A DNA stretch of 64,000 bases from Diplonema japonicum (GCA_964019335.1 OZ025764.1:21862-85861); one strand, 5' to 3'. Counted from the first letter of the stretch, positions 44,671 to 56,584 are shown. Notes: generated from the letters alone by a model not told the origin. Numbers and translations: made by a program.

Positions 44671-47421
44671 TCAATTTAATGTCGAATTGAAATTGTAAGT
44701 TCCACTCCCGATGTCATGAGTGATGCCACCAGGAAGTACCACAACAGCAGCCATGTTGGGAGGGATGGTGACTGTCAAGGTGAAGATGGAGGTAGAGGAA
44801 GAGAGCTGCCAGGAGACTCCCACAGGGCCACGGACCGTTGGGATACGGGCAGAGAGGGACTCGACTGCACGGGGCGGACGGGGGCGGATGAGGACCCTCG
44901 ACATGCCACGGGCGGAGGGGTGCGGTGCGAAGCCCACCAAGCTCTGCTGCATCCAAGTCTCGAACGACCCGAACATCGGGTGGTTGTGAGAGTACACGTT
45001 GTCGGAGAAGAACCACGACTCCCATATGGTCGTCGCGTTGCTGTACTCGTTCTCCCGCATCCACAACACAGACGGGTAGCTCCCTGTCGTCGCCACCTCG
45101 TACGCCAGGTCCTCGTATCCTGTCTCGCTCAACACCTGCAGAACCCACTTGATCCCGAACATCCCAGACAGAAGGTGTGGCCCCGGACCTCCCTTCACAG
45201 GGCCCTGCCCTGTGCCAGGTACATAGGACGCCTTCTTGATGTTTTCCACGAGGTTGTTCAGAACAGCCTCGCGCCGGCCTTCAGGTGTGACCTGCATGAA
45301 CAATCCCATCGCCTGTCCTGTTTGCGTGCAGTTGAAGGTCGCTGCCCTGAGCTTCTCTGTGTGGTACGGCGACGTCTGCGGGCCGTTCCCGTAACACCCG
45401 GAAGGGTCGAGGAACTTGTCGTTGATCGCTTGCACGAGCTGCGCTGCCTTGTTCTCGTACTTCGTCTGCACGCTGTGGTACCCCAAGATCCCTGATATGT
45501 TGGCGTAGGCCCTGTACGACATCAGTTGGAAGCCGCGCCCTGTGAAGTCGGTCCCAGTGGGCTCGACAGGCATCCAGTCCCCGAGCCCGTTCTCGATCCC
45601 AGAGGGGCTCGCGTCCAAGAGCTCAATGTACCTTGTGGTCGCTGCGTACGACTCGTTGAGGACACGCACCTCCCCGTAGTATTTATACAGCCACAGCAGC
45701 AGAACGGGTTGGTACGTCGCCCAACCGATAGGCCCTGCAGTGCCTTCCAGTGACCCATCGTGGATCCCGACGTAAGGTGCCGTCTCTGTGAACCCCCCAT
45801 TCTGCCTCTGAGCCTCATTGAAGTCGATAGCACGCTTTTTGGACCATGCATTGAGCTCGAAAAGGGACATGGCGGCCTCGCCCGAAGCCAAAGGGTCGCC
45901 TGAGTACCCAAAGCGCTCCCTGTGAGGACAGTCCGACTGGATCCCGCCCATCATGTTCGAGTCAAAAGTGTTCTTCACCGTCTGTCTGAGCAGGTTCAGC
46001 TTCGGGTCGGAGGTGTTCAATTCCATCCCCTCCCCCAGGTCCGTGCGGAGCTTGTAGCATGTGACCTTCACAAGTTCCACGCCCTCCGAGAGGTTTGCTT
46101 TGATGTACCGCATCCCGTGCCATGTGTACCCCGACTTGAATGTCACAGTCTTGCCGTTCAAGATGACGGTGTCCTGTTGGTACGCAACATCAGGCTGGCA
46201 GGGCATCGCAGGGTTGTATGACTTGATCTGCCCAGCGACAGACGTCATTGGGTTCAGGGTACCGTCTGGGTAGAGGAGCTCTCCATAGATGAACTGCGCG
46301 GTCGATCCAGGGAAGCCCCCTTGGAGTGTGTACTCGCATGTCCCTGCATGGTTCACTGTGGTGTCGTAGATGTGGGCGGATATCTGTTTCGGGTGCAGAG
46401 TCTCGATCTCGATGACCCCACGAATGGGTGCGACCCGGAGCTCCCCAACACCCTGCGAGACCACATGCGGTGTGCTGTGTGGAGGCAGCCATGTGTTGTT
46501 GCGCTGCAGGTCTGCAGCCCTTGCATCGTACACCTCACCAAGGTAGATGTTGTTCATCTTCGTGGGCGATGTCTGAAGGGAACCTGCCACCCATACCCCA
46601 GGCGTTGAAGGGATGGCAGGTTCATCGTCTACATACGTAACAGTCTTGAACATCGGGACGCCCTGCGGCATAGCATCGCGCAGGTTCAAGCGACCGTCGA
46701 AAAGTAGTGGCAACAAGTTCCACCACCCGTTCCCAAGCTCAACCTTCACAAGGTTGTCACCCACAGTGACATGCTGCGAGATATCGAAGGCTCTGTAAAA
46801 GACAGTTCTGGTGTAGTTGGTGAGAGGCGGGTCCATGTAAGGGGTGATCAAAACAGAGTTCACCCAGATCTTCAGGTACCCCAAGCCTGTTGCGTACATG
46901 GTCACGGATGAGGGTACGCTGGACAAAAAAATCAGGTTGGCCAGGAAATACGGTGCAGGGGCTTGGTTGAACAGAGCACACTCGTTCTTCACGGGCTGCG
47001 GGAGGTCCCTTGCAAGCCACTCAGCATGGTCCCAGTCGGAGGGGGTGAGGAGGGCGTATTCAAACCAAGAGCTTGCAGTGGTCGCGTTGCACTTCTTCCC
47101 AGTTCTGTCGTACAGAGTGACCTGCCACACGACCCTTTGCCTGCTCACAGGAAGGCCCCCGTACCTCACACCCATGCTGTCCGCAGACTGCACCAACCCA
47201 GAGTCCCATGTCACCTCCCCGTCACTCCTGGCGACTATCCTGTAGCCCCTCATCACCTGCCCGTTCGCCACCACAGTATCATTCACCATCGCCACCTCCC
47301 ACGAGAGGTCCACCTCCTTGTCCACGTATGGGGTCATCAGGCTGTTTGCTTTCAGGTTCGCTGGCTTTATCACACACCCGGTGGTGCTGAGCAGGTGCAG
47401 CACAAGGAGTGATGCAAGCAT
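44671..47421 (-). CDS. Secreted GH78 alpha-L-rhamnosidase (copy 2)
   Basis: Tandem paralog with the same GH78 motifs (DCPHRERFGYSGD, TTIWESW). Confidence 0.92.
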   Translation of the reverse strand: MLASLLVLHLLSTTGCVIKPANLKANSLMTPYVDKEVDLSWEVAMVNDTVVANGQVMRGYRIVARSDGEVTWDSGLVQSADSMGVRYGGLPVSRQRVVWQVTLYDRTGKKCNATTASSWFEYALLTPSDWDHAEWLARDLPQPVKNECALFNQAPAPYFLANLIFLSSVPSSVTMYATGLGYLKIWVNSVLITPYMDPPLTNYTRTVFYRAFDISQHVTVGDNLVKVELGNGWWNLLPLLFDGRLNLRDAMPQGVPMFKTVTYVDDEPAIPSTPGVWVAGSLQTSPTKMNNIYLGEVYDARAADLQRNNTWLPPHSTPHVVSQGVGELRVAPIRGVIEIETLHPKQISAHIYDTTVNHAGTCEYTLQGGFPGSTAQFIYGELLYPDGTLNPMTSVAGQIKSYNPAMPCQPDVAYQQDTVILNGKTVTFKSGYTWHGMRYIKANLSEGVELVKVTCYKLRTDLGEGMELNTSDPKLNLLRQTVKNTFDSNMMGGIQSDCPHRERFGYSGDPLASGEAAMSLFELNAWSKKRAIDFNEAQRQNGGFTETAPYVGIHDGSLEGTAGPIGWATYQPVLLLWLYKYYGEVRVLNESYAATTRYIELLDASPSGIENGLGDWMPVEPTGTDFTGRGFQLMSYRAYANISGILGYHSVQTKYENKAAQLVQAINDKFLDPSGCYGNGPQTSPYHTEKLRAATFNCTQTGQAMGLFMQVTPEGRREAVLNNLVENIKKASYVPGTGQGPVKGGPGPHLLSGMFGIKWVLQVLSETGYEDLAYEVATTGSYPSVLWMRENEYSNATTIWESWFFSDNVYSHNHPMFGSFETWMQQSLVGFAPHPSARGMSRVLIRPRPPRAVESLSARIPTVRGPVGVSWQLSSSTSIFTLTVTIPPNMAAVVVLPGGITHDIGSGTYNFNSTLN

Positions 47422-47989
47422 TTTCTTTTTTTTCTGAAAATACCACTGTTCTTTTTTTTTCTTTTTTTTTTCTTTTCGACAATTGTGACACCGTTTATGC
47501 TAGGTAAGGATGTGCTGTGGCTAGTGGCTAGCAGTGAACACGGACTGTGGCACAGGCGAAAAAGATTTAGCTGAAGCTAGACATGAAGGGGGGGGTTGGG
47601 ATGAGAAAAAAAAGAGAAAGACTCCTAACTAGACCTCCTAGTCCTGGAAAATACCTCAAGATACTCACTCCCCCTTAAGTTGACAAAATAAAAATCCATG
47701 GGATTGGGTTTTGAGCATTTTGGAAACTAGGGGAGCCGACCTTTTTGAAGCATTCTTTTAAGACATAAAGGATTTAGTTAGTCCAAAAAAAAAAAAAGAG
47801 AAAGAAAAAGAGGGAGGAAAATAAATGAATAAGAAAAAAAAAAAGAAAATAACAAATAAAAAAAATTGGATTCACCCTCTATCTTTTGTAAAGTAGGGGG
47901 AGGGGGAGAAGAAGGAAAAAAAAAAAAAGAAAAATAATTTAAAAAAAAAGAAAAGTAAAACAAAGTGCTTAATGACTAATGTTTTTTGT

Positions 47990-48021
<32 letters not shown>

Positions 48022-48748
48022 GTGAGTAATAAAAAAGAATTTTAGAAGTGCTAAAATTTTTTTTAACTTGGCACAAAGCAGCAGAAGGTGGTAAAAAAAA
48101 AAAAAAATTCTTTTCTTTTTTTTCTTTTTCTTTCCTTTAAAAGAACGAGTGAGTCCTTGTTTTGTTTGTGTTCACTAAAAAACAAGCCCGGAAACAAAAA
48201 AAAAAAAAAAAAAGAAATCAACGCACACAATATTTCCCTGAAACCCAAGAGTGCATCCTTCAATTTTCGACAACCTCACTTTCTTTTAAAGATTCACGTT
48301 TCTTGGTCTCATGAACTGATAACGTGACCTTTCTTTTTGAAGATGAGAAAACTTGAAAAGAGGGCCCTTGGGCTACGTACAAAAAGTGACAAACAAACAG
48401 CAACTTTTCCAACAATTCCCACTTTTTTTCTTTCTCTCTTTTTCTTTCTTTCTTTTTTTTTTTTTTTTTGCATCACTCTTCTGATCACGATGGGACGAAA
48501 AAAAAAAAAAAAAAGAAATCCCGTTGGAATCCCAGATTCCTTTTTCCCCGACAGATATATGATGCCAAGTAAAAACAAGAGAAAAAAAAAAAGATTTCTA
48601 TTGGAAGTACCCCCGGCTCCAAAAACTCATATTCTTTTTTTCTTCCTCTTTTCTTCTTTGCTTCTTCTTTTCTTCTTTTTTTTTCTTCTTTTCTTTCTCG
48701 TTTGCTTTTTTGTTTTGTTTTTCGGTTCTATAGAGAGAGCCTTGGCAT

Positions 48749-48790
<42 letters not shown>

Positions 48791-48843
48791 CCCGTGTTGC
48801 TCCAGTAAAATACTCAAAAAATGCGGGAACAAAAAAAAAAAAG

Positions 48844-48884
<41 letters not shown>

Positions 48885-49202
48885 AACACCCGCACCGCGC
48901 CTCAACAAGGTACGGTACATTTCGGGGACCCGTGGAAAGGTTGCCTCGGTATTTATTGTTTGCATTTTCTTTTTTCTTTTTTTTTTTTTGTTGTTTGGAT
49001 TTTGTGTGTTGTATTTTTGTTCACAGTAGTAAATTGAAAGGGGAAAAAAAAAAAAAAAAATGGGGTTGGGAAAGCAAGAATTCGATACACAGTAATTCAG
49101 CTGCAAAAAAAACTGGTTGAATCCTTGTGGGCGAAAAGGGGAAACTATTTATTTCTCTTCTCCACACCGAGTGCCGTACCACAAGAAGAATCTGACCGGC
49201 TT

Positions 49203-49280
49203 TTTTGTGCGTGCCGGTAGAAAACTGGAGAAGTTATAAGCCCGTTGCCAACGTTCCCCCTTTTGTTTTCAAACGAGTCA
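49203..49280 (+). repeat. Degenerate repeat module C
   Basis: ttgtgcgtgccggtagaaaactggagaagtt...cgttgccaacgttcccc followed by an A-tract. Confidence 0.6.
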
Positions 49281-50089
49281 AAAAAAAAAAGAAATCCTTT
49301 TCACGAAGATACTAGATTTTCACTATTTCTTTCCCCCCCCCCCCCCCTTCCAGGGTAATTCACTAGAAAAAAAAGTCGAAAAATCCACTTCATACCCAAA
49401 TATGGGTTTCTTTTGGGAAAACAAAAAAAGAAAAAAAAGGGGGGGGAAGGCAAAAGGTGAACTTCCAACCTTTTTTTTTTCTTTGGGATACTCAAGTGAA
49501 TTTCGGCACTTCTTATTTGGGTATTACGTGAATTGAACCTTTTTTTTAAAATTATTATTCTGTTTCCTGTGGGGCTTTTTTCTTTTTTGACTTCTCCACT
49601 TCTTTGCCCCCCCCACCCTCCTCCTTTTTATCTTATTCAAAGAAAGAGCATGTAAACCTTCCTTTTTTTTTTGGGAATAGATTCCGGCGCAGAAAAAAAA
49701 AAAAAAAAGGAAAAAAAAAAAAAAAAAAAGAGAAAATCCACTCAGGATAACAAAGTAGATTCGACTTTTTCTTCCTTTTCATTTTTATTTCTCGCAAATT
49801 AAAAGTGACGGGTGCGGAGGGGGGGGGGGGGGGGGGGGGAGGAGAAAAGTGTTTTTTTTTTTATAAGCCCCCCAGACGACTCGACTTTACAAATGAAAGG
49901 AATGAAATCCCCCACAGAAACTCTGTTTAAAACTCTTACATAAAAAAAAACCAGATGGAAAGAGGGGGGATGGGGAATGGGGAAATTCAACCGATTCCTC
50001 TTTTTTGCCTCGCGTCAGGGGAGCGCATTTTTATCAGCTAAAAAAAAGAAATACTAACTGGCGCCGAGATACCCGCAAAAAACAAATTG

Positions 50090-50125
<36 letters not shown>

Positions 50126-50531
50126 TATTTTCTCGCAGAGTGGCGCCTTACCCAAAGATAGCTTTGGAAAGGGGAGAGGGCCATGTGTTGGGAATACAGT
50201 GAAAGGATGGTCTCACGACGGTCTTTCTTTTTCTTTTTTTTTTTTAGTTTTTTAAAAAAGAAAGTTGAAGTGACCCCTTTTTTTTCTTTTTGCCCAAAAA
50301 AAAAACCCCCCCCCCCGTCCTTATGGTTAAACTATTTTTTAAAGAATAATTTGACCTATAAACAAAAAGAGACCGACATACCCCCCCTAAAAAAATGAAG
50401 TAAAGAAAAAACCTTTTCTCCAACTAAGGAGGAAACAAAAAAGTTTTTTTTTTGCTGTTTGTATCCTTATTCTTTTTGTTTTTTTTTTTTTTTTTGAATA
50501 CCCCCAAGAAATTCTTAAAAAAGAGAAAGGG

Positions 50532-50563
<32 letters not shown>

Positions 50564-50903
50564 TGTAAACCTTCTTAAATTGTCCCAAGTAAAGGTGAAC
50601 CACCCTCAGGGAACAAGTTCGTCCTTTTTCTTTTCTTCTTTCCCTTTTTTTTTTTTTTTTTGGAAAGAGATTTGAAAGAACCAAAGAAGAACAACCATCC
50701 CAGGAAATGAGTACCCCCTTTATATCCGGGGAATAAATTAAAGAGGTTTACAACAATTTTTGGCCTATTCGATGTCCCACCCCCCTTTTTTTTTCTTCTC
50801 CGCTTTTTGCCCCCCCCCCCCCCCCCCCCCGTCACAGTTTTGGGAACACGCGATTGTTCATGTAAAACAGAAACAATCAAAAAAAAAGAAGGAGGAGGGA
50901 GGT

Positions 50904-50937
<34 letters not shown>

Positions 50938-51049
50938 AGGAGGAGGTCTACCACATCAAATAAAAGTGTATTAACACCCCTCCTTAAATATATATTATTA
51001 GTTATTCTTTTTTTTTTTTTCTCTTTTTTCTTTTCTTATTTGTCGGTCA

Positions 51050-52258
51050 CTACTCGCAGTTAGCCAAGCAGTCCGTGCAAACAATGGGGTCTTTCTTGGG
51101 TAGAAACCTTCTAGGGCACCAGTTCGAGACACACTCCCCTTCCTTAACAGTGCAGAAGGTAGGGTCGCAAGTGGCAGCGGAGAGGGTGTCACACTGAACA
51201 CTGGGCACCATGTGGAACGAAAGATACTTGGCCACCTTCTCTGCGGGCCCTATGGTGATTGTCTGGCCTGGCTGCACCTGCTTGCGGTAGGTAACAGTCT
51301 GGTGGTGGTAAGGGTTAGAAATAACAGACCCACAGGACCCAGACTCCCAGCCAGTGGACAGCAAGATGGAAGGCCATCCTCCGTTGGTCTCCCCACTGCA
51401 AGGGGGGCAGTGGTAGTGTTGCACCATCCAGTCGCACGGGGCGCCGCCCGCTGGGCAGCCTAGGTTGTACACAGCACCTGCCGGCACCTCAGCAGGGCCC
51501 ACACAGGAGTACCCGGCCCTCCATTCACCCGGGATATGCTTCAGGTAGGTTCCATCACAGTCCGTCCACCCCGACATGAGCTCTTCGGTATCCTTCTCAA
51601 CATAAGAAGCAGCAGTAGTGATGTCCTCACACCTGTCGTTCATTGTGGGAACAGGTGTGGGCACCGGGGTGGGCACTGGGGTGGGCACAGGGGTTGGCAC
51701 AGGGGTAGGGACTGGTGTTGGTAAGGGGGTTGGCACTGGGGTAGGCACTGGGGTGGGAACAGGGGTTGGCACAGGTGTGGGAACAGGTGTGGGAACAGGA
51801 GTAGGCATGGGTGTCGGCACAGGTGTGGGAACCGGGGTGGGAAGAGGAGTAGGAGCTGGTGTTGTCAAGGGTTGTGTGATATAGCTGCAGTCCCACCCCT
51901 GGGTGTCCTGTCCCCACCTAGGGTCGCAGTAGTAACGGCACTGCGCGTAGGTGTTGTCCTTTTTGTAGCAGTAGAACCCCCTCGAGTTGTCGCAGCAGCT
52001 TGGGTCAGGACCACAATTGTCATTTCCCGTGCAGCTGTCCGTCTCCGGCGAGACCACCCTGCATGACCAGTTCTTGGTCCTCCTGTTGCTTGGGCTGCAC
52101 CAGTACAAGCACTTGCCGTACCCCTGGTAGGCCTCGTAGCACTGGTACCCCCTCGAGGTGTCGCAGCACGAAGGGTCGGCGAAGCAGTTCTGGTTCCCGG
52201 AGCAGGTACCGCCGCCTTGCACGGCCATCACCAATCCGGCTAACAGAAACAAACGCAT
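51050..52258 (-). CDS. Secreted protein with two CBM1-like Cys-rich repeats, (TPVP)n linker and Cys-rich C-terminal domain
   Basis: Signal peptide; two C-x4-C..CC..G..CY....Y.xC repeats (for example [11 protein letters not shown]); 12-bp TPVP repeat. Confidence 0.75.
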   Translation of the reverse strand: MRLFLLAGLVMAVQGGGTCSGNQNCFADPSCCDTSRGYQCYEAYQGYGKCLYWCSPSNRRTKNWSCRVVSPETDSCTGNDNCGPDPSCCDNSRGFYCYKKDNTYAQCRYYCDPRWGQDTQGWDCSYITQPLTTPAPTPLPTPVPTPVPTPMPTPVPTPVPTPVPTPVPTPVPTPVPTPLPTPVPTPVPTPVPTPVPTPVPTPVPTMNDRCEDITTAASYVEKDTEELMSGWTDCDGTYLKHIPGEWRAGYSCVGPAEVPAGAVYNLGCPAGGAPCDWMVQHYHCPPCSGETNGGWPSILLSTGWESGSCGSVISNPYHHQTVTYRKQVQPGQTITIGPAEKVAKYLSFHMVPSVQCDTLSAATCDPTFCTVKEGECVSNWCPRRFLPKKDPIVCTDCLANCE

Positions 52259-52269
52259 GATGTTGATGT

Positions 52270-53295
52270 TTATTTTTTTTTTGTCTTTTTTTTGTTTTGT
52301 GTTGGGGGGGAGGGGGGAACAGAATCAGGGTTTTTCGCAAAAAAATAAAAATTCGCTGCTGGCAAGCCCTGTTTTCTTTCAATTTCCTTCCTCAACGCGG
52401 GGCTGAAGGCAACGGCACGGAGCTTGTTCATGACGCAGGGATCGGAAGGGAGCCTGATGCAGCGCACTTTGGAACAACCGCTCATGAACAAAGCACCAAT
52501 CCGATTCACCTTCGCCAGCGATGAAAGATCAACATCTTGCAAGCCCGTACAATCTCGCAGGAAGCCGTCTCCGATGAAGGCGATCCGCGTGAGGGGCCTC
52601 AGGTCAACAGACACCAAGGACGAGCACCTCGTCAAAAACCAGCTCCCCACAGACACAAGGGAACGAAGAGGCCCCAGTGCTACCGACCTCACCGACATAC
52701 AGCTATGCAGAAACATGGGACCTATGCTCGTCAACAACGGCGCTTCTGGAAGAGAAACGCTTGTCAGGTCAGTAGAGCGTCCCAAGAACCCACTACCGAT
52801 GCTGGTGATGCACATCAACGCAGTCAGGTCGATTTCTGTCAAGGAGCACCCTTGAAGGAAGGCTGATGGAATAGAGGTTGCCGTTTTGCACCGTAAGGAC
52901 AGCCGCCGGAGGCAGGGCACACAGTGTATCACAGACGCCCCACCGCAGAAATGTTCCAATTCAGTAACATAGGCAATTAACAGGTACTCTGGGTTTTCTT
53001 TGAACAGAGAATTCAGCTCGGCTGCCCTGTCTCGGATCTCGTCTGCGCTATGTACTGTGACCTCCTTCTCGACGCTTTGCACGATCTCTGCATTGTCTAA
53101 CATACCGCCGGCTCCGAAGCTCGTGCTGTCCCTAGTGAGCTCGTCTCCTTCGCATTCGAGGACGACCCGCCCCACTAGGAGCCCTGTTTTGGTTTCCACC
53201 ATTGTATAAAACTCCTCGTACGTGGTGTCCCACTGCACTTCGTAGGGGGTTGCGGTGTTGTTTAGCTTGTTTCTGACATGGACTAGGAGGGGCAT
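52270..53295 (-). CDS. Ubiquitin-like N-terminal domain plus BspA-type LRR protein
   Basis: The N-terminal 75 aa have a Ubl-like pattern; repeats of type xxIGxxFLxxCxxLxxVDL follow. The 3' end is low-complexity and uncertain. Confidence 0.7.
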   Translation of the reverse strand: MPLLVHVRNKLNNTATPYEVQWDTTYEEFYTMVETKTGLLVGRVVLECEGDELTRDSTSFGAGGMLDNAEIVQSVEKEVTVHSADEIRDRAAELNSLFKENPEYLLIAYVTELEHFCGGASVIHCVPCLRRLSLRCKTATSIPSAFLQGCSLTEIDLTALMCITSIGSGFLGRSTDLTSVSLPEAPLLTSIGPMFLHSCMSVRSVALGPLRSLVSVGSWFLTRCSSLVSVDLRPLTRIAFIGDGFLRDCTGLQDVDLSSLAKVNRIGALFMSGCSKVRCIRLPSDPCVMNKLRAVAFSPALRKEIERKQGLPAANFYFFAKNPDSVPPSPPTQNKKKTKKK

Positions 53296-53457
53296 TTTCT
53301 TTTCTTTCCCCCTCTCTCCCCCCCCCCCTTTTTTTTCCCCCGCGTTGTTTTCAAACGGTAAGGAGGAAAAAAAAAGTCGGTACTTAGTGGTTTTTTTTTT
53401 TCTTCGTTTTCTTCCTTTTTTTTTTTTTTTTTTTTTCGTAAGAAAACCAAAGCCCTC

Positions 53458-54309
53458 TCACGCTGTTTTCATGTCGTCTTCCACTTTTTTAAGGAATTTT
53501 TTAATTTTTGCAGCCGGCACGCAGCGGCAGTGCGACGACAGGTTACCGTCCAAGCACGGTGCGAAGAGCGCGCTGACCATCCCGAGCACCCTTGAGGAAG
53601 CTGAGGACACGACGGGCGACCCGCTGTTCCCCACAATACACTGCGGCGAAAGATCCGCCTGCGTGGCGCTCAGCAACAACCCCCTGTGCAGCATGGGCAC
53701 TTGCTTGAAACGAGGATCGACGACAGGACGAAGCCGCTTGGCAAAGCTCCCCATAATAGAATTGTAATTCTCCGATAACTGGAGCGCGCTCACCGGCTGA
53801 TAAACCTCCGACCCGGTCAGCAGTGTATATGTCGGCATCTGTACCTCTTCACCAACTACCGCTTCTGGGTCTTCCTCCAGATCAGCGATCTGCAGCATCT
53901 CTGGGCGCATACCCGCGTCTTTCATGGTCTGCAAGGCTTCCCTTAGTCTATTCATAGGGAGATGTGCAACAGCCAGATCGTCGGAGATTTTCGAAGTCGC
54001 GTAGATTTGTTTACGGGCGGTTGCGCTGTACAGGCTCTCGCCTTGGTCCGACCGGACTTCTATGATTACTCTTGTTGGTTTGTCGGAGGCAGCAATTAGT
54101 TGTGCTCTTCTTGTCTCGCCGTGCAGCTCGCTGAATGCCGGGGGTTCGAGAACGTGTCCGCAGGATATGATGTGTGCCCCGAACTTTCCACCTTTCACCA
54201 AAAAACCAACACCTTTGCTCATTGTCGTCCACCTTCCGTGTTCCCTTACTTCCCACAGAATCCCGACCGTCCCCTTGCATCCCAAGGCTACCGCCTCTTT
54301 CAGGGACAT
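53458..54309 (-). CDS. Trypsin-like (PA clan, Trypsin_2-type) serine protease
   Basis: Catalytic triad motifs ISCGHVL, DDLAV and GNSGSPVV; no signal peptide. Confidence 0.8.
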   Translation of the reverse strand: MSLKEAVALGCKGTVGILWEVREHGRWTTMSKGVGFLVKGGKFGAHIISCGHVLEPPAFSELHGETRRAQLIAASDKPTRVIIEVRSDQGESLYSATARKQIYATSKISDDLAVAHLPMNRLREALQTMKDAGMRPEMLQIADLEEDPEAVVGEEVQMPTYTLLTGSEVYQPVSALQLSENYNSIMGSFAKRLRPVVDPRFKQVPMLHRGLLLSATQADLSPQCIVGNSGSPVVSSASSRVLGMVSALFAPCLDGNLSSHCRCVPAAKIKKFLKKVEDDMKTA

Positions 54310-54707
54310 TTCCTTACCTTTTTTTTCCTTTGTTTTTTTTTTTTTTTGGGTGGGGGTGTGAAAGGTTCCCGTGATGGTGTTTGGATAAAAAAAAAGGTTT
54401 TAAAGGAAAATTATTACCACTATAAAAAAAAGGGGGGGGGGAGGGTGGGGTTGATGTTCTTTTTTTTTCTCTTTTTCTTCTTTTTTTCCCCCCCTCACAG
54501 GTCGTCTTTATGATTGGGAGGGGTAGGGGTCACAATATCTTTTCTCCGTTTTCTTTTTTTTTTTTGAAAAAAAGCGACAAAAAAAAAAAGCTGCCGTGTA
54601 AGTTGTCAATTACAATCACCATCAAAAAAAATAACCCCTTACGGACTTTCACCCGGGGGGGGGAGGAAGCGACACCCACAAAAAAAAAGACTTTTTTTTT
54701 TTTTATA

Positions 54708-54990
54708 TGAGCTCGTCCGGACGAAAATGTCAACATTCTTTTTGGGCACCTCTGAAAACTTCTTGTTTTGATTATTTGAGCAAAAAAAAAAAAGGGCAGC
54801 ATGCAACCATAGGAAGATGACATACATGGTGTACATGACGCCGTTCTTTCAATTGCGATGCTTTGTTTTGCCAAATCGTTTGCCAAAAACCATTCTAAAA
54901 AAAACATGTTTTTGCACGTGCGTTTTAAAAAATAAAACAAAACGGCGAGCATTTTGACCTATATGGTGACATTTTTTCCGGACGAGCTCA
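54708..54990. mobile_element. MITE with ~24-bp terminal inverted repeats flanked by TA
   Basis: Left end ta|tgagctcgtccggacgaaaatgtca; right end tgacattttttccggacgagctca|ta. A related, internally longer partial copy lies at about 57700-57913. Confidence 0.75.
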
Positions 54991-55066
54991 TAATATAAAT
55001 CGGGGGACCTCCCCCAGAAAGCTTCTGGTTTCAGACACAAATCTGGGTGGGGAAGTTTTCAAGCTT

Positions 55067-56584
55067 TTAATCGTACTCTCGCAGCTCTTTAATATAACGC
55101 TCCACAACCAAAGACAGGTAAACCTCATCAGCAGTTGCAAGGAGTTCAGTCTCCATGGTCGATGGGAAGTCAGTGTTGGGCTCAGGCACGCGAAGTTTAT
55201 GCCGCCACTGCATGCAAGCAGCGTGGCCGTTGACCCCCTTCATCCACCTGACCTCCTGGCGGGAAATACCATTACCAGGGGCGAAATGCGGGTTTCTCCT
55301 CATAATTGTCTGCAAGCCAACATGCATGTCGCCCCATGACTTCCAATTCCCAGGCCAATCATGGTACCGAAGCTTGTGGAGAGTCAGGTGAAAAGCTACG
55401 ACCTTCCCATCTGGGCCGGTCTGTCCCATTACACCCCCACAGACATCATCCTTCCTCCCGAGGAGAACTACAGGACCATGTCGGGAAAACTCGTCGTTCC
55501 CCATCATCCACCCTATCTGGAAGGTGTCCTTGTCGCCAGCTCCGATGGCAGCGCGCATGTACTTCGTCACCTTCTTCAGTTTATAAATCGCAGGATAATA
55601 AGTTTTATGGTGGAAGTTGAGGTACCCTGTTCGGAGGAGTGACGCCCACCCTTTGTTCTCAGCACATGTTTTACACACCACAAACACCCCCGAGTCCTGA
55701 CTGTACGCTGCATTCGGGAAGTTACTCGGGTACGGGACCACAGACCATATGGGCGCGGATCCAATGAGGGACCACATGTCGGAGAAGAAGACAGCCGTTT
55801 GCGGTGGTTGGAGGAATGAGAAGAATTCTTCCGGAGGGATGGCCGGGAAGCAGTCGTCGTCCAGGTACAGAACCTCCTGGAAGGAGGACAGCGCCACCAC
55901 GAGGGGTTTTAACATCACCATCCCTTGCTTGTCCCCGAGAACGGGGCCCTTCTCGTCGGTCCACCTGTTCTCCCAGTGGAAGTGTTTGTAGTGGCAGTCG
56001 TCGGGGATCTGCATGAGGAACACATTGTCATCCTTCTGCCGTGCCACCATCTCGGGCCATCCGTCCACCGTCACCTCGTCTGCGAGGTACCAGATCTCCA
56101 CAGGGAGCGTGCTGTGCAGGACCTTCCGGATGAACCGAACAACGAGCAGCGCCATTGCAAGCCGCTCCCCGCCAGAGTACAGCACAACCCCTTTCGTTTC
56201 TTGTCGTTGTTGCTGTTCCCGAGATGGAAACGGTGGTGGGGTGTACCGCATGGCGGCACGCAGGTCGTCCGTGTCTGTGGGAGCCTGTTGCTGCCAGGAC
56301 CGCATGATCTGTTTGCACACAGCTGCGTGGTGTGGCTCGTGGTATGTGGGGAGCCCGGTTGTGTTCCTCGCCCTTTTGGGGGTAGGGGTGGGGGCGGCGG
56401 TGGGGGGTTCTTTGAGCACTACTTTTGATGAGGCCTCCCTTTCAACGTGGTTGCGGTCGATCGACCGTAGCCATGAAGTGGCGATCCATATCATGGTCAG
56501 CAGACCGGTCACCACAATGACAAGAAACACTTTGAACAAGCCACGAGGGCCTGCTGACAGGGGGCGCTTGGGACTGCGGTGCAT
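55067..56584 (-). CDS. Type II membrane GT71 (MNN-like) alpha-mannosyltransferase-like protein (copy 1)
   Basis: N-terminal TM; LPVEIW, KPLVVALSSFQEVLYLDDD (DxD), QDSG and GDKDTF. Confidence 0.85.
   Translation of the reverse strand: MHRSPKRPLSAGPRGLFKVFLVIVVTGLLTMIWIATSWLRSIDRNHVEREASSKVVLKEPPTAAPTPTPKRARNTTGLPTYHEPHHAAVCKQIMRSWQQQAPTDTDDLRAAMRYTPPPFPSREQQQRQETKGVVLYSGGERLAMALLVVRFIRKVLHSTLPVEIWYLADEVTVDGWPEMVARQKDDNVFLMQIPDDCHYKHFHWENRWTDEKGPVLGDKQGMVMLKPLVVALSSFQEVLYLDDDCFPAIPPEEFFSFLQPPQTAVFFSDMWSLIGSAPIWSVVPYPSNFPNAAYSQDSGVFVVCKTCAENKGWASLLRTGYLNFHHKTYYPAIYKLKKVTKYMRAAIGAGDKDTFQIGWMMGNDEFSRHGPVVLLGRKDDVCGGVMGQTGPDGKVVAFHLTLHKLRYHDWPGNWKSWGDMHVGLQTIMRRNPHFAPGNGISRQEVRWMKGVNGHAACMQWRHKLRVPEPNTDFPSTMETELLATADEVYLSLVVERYIKELREYD

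Noticed and set aside
47450-51040. Poly-Lys/poly-Phe ORFs here and in other spacers
   Set aside because: They are translations of A/T homopolymers, whose lengths may also be sequencing-error prone.
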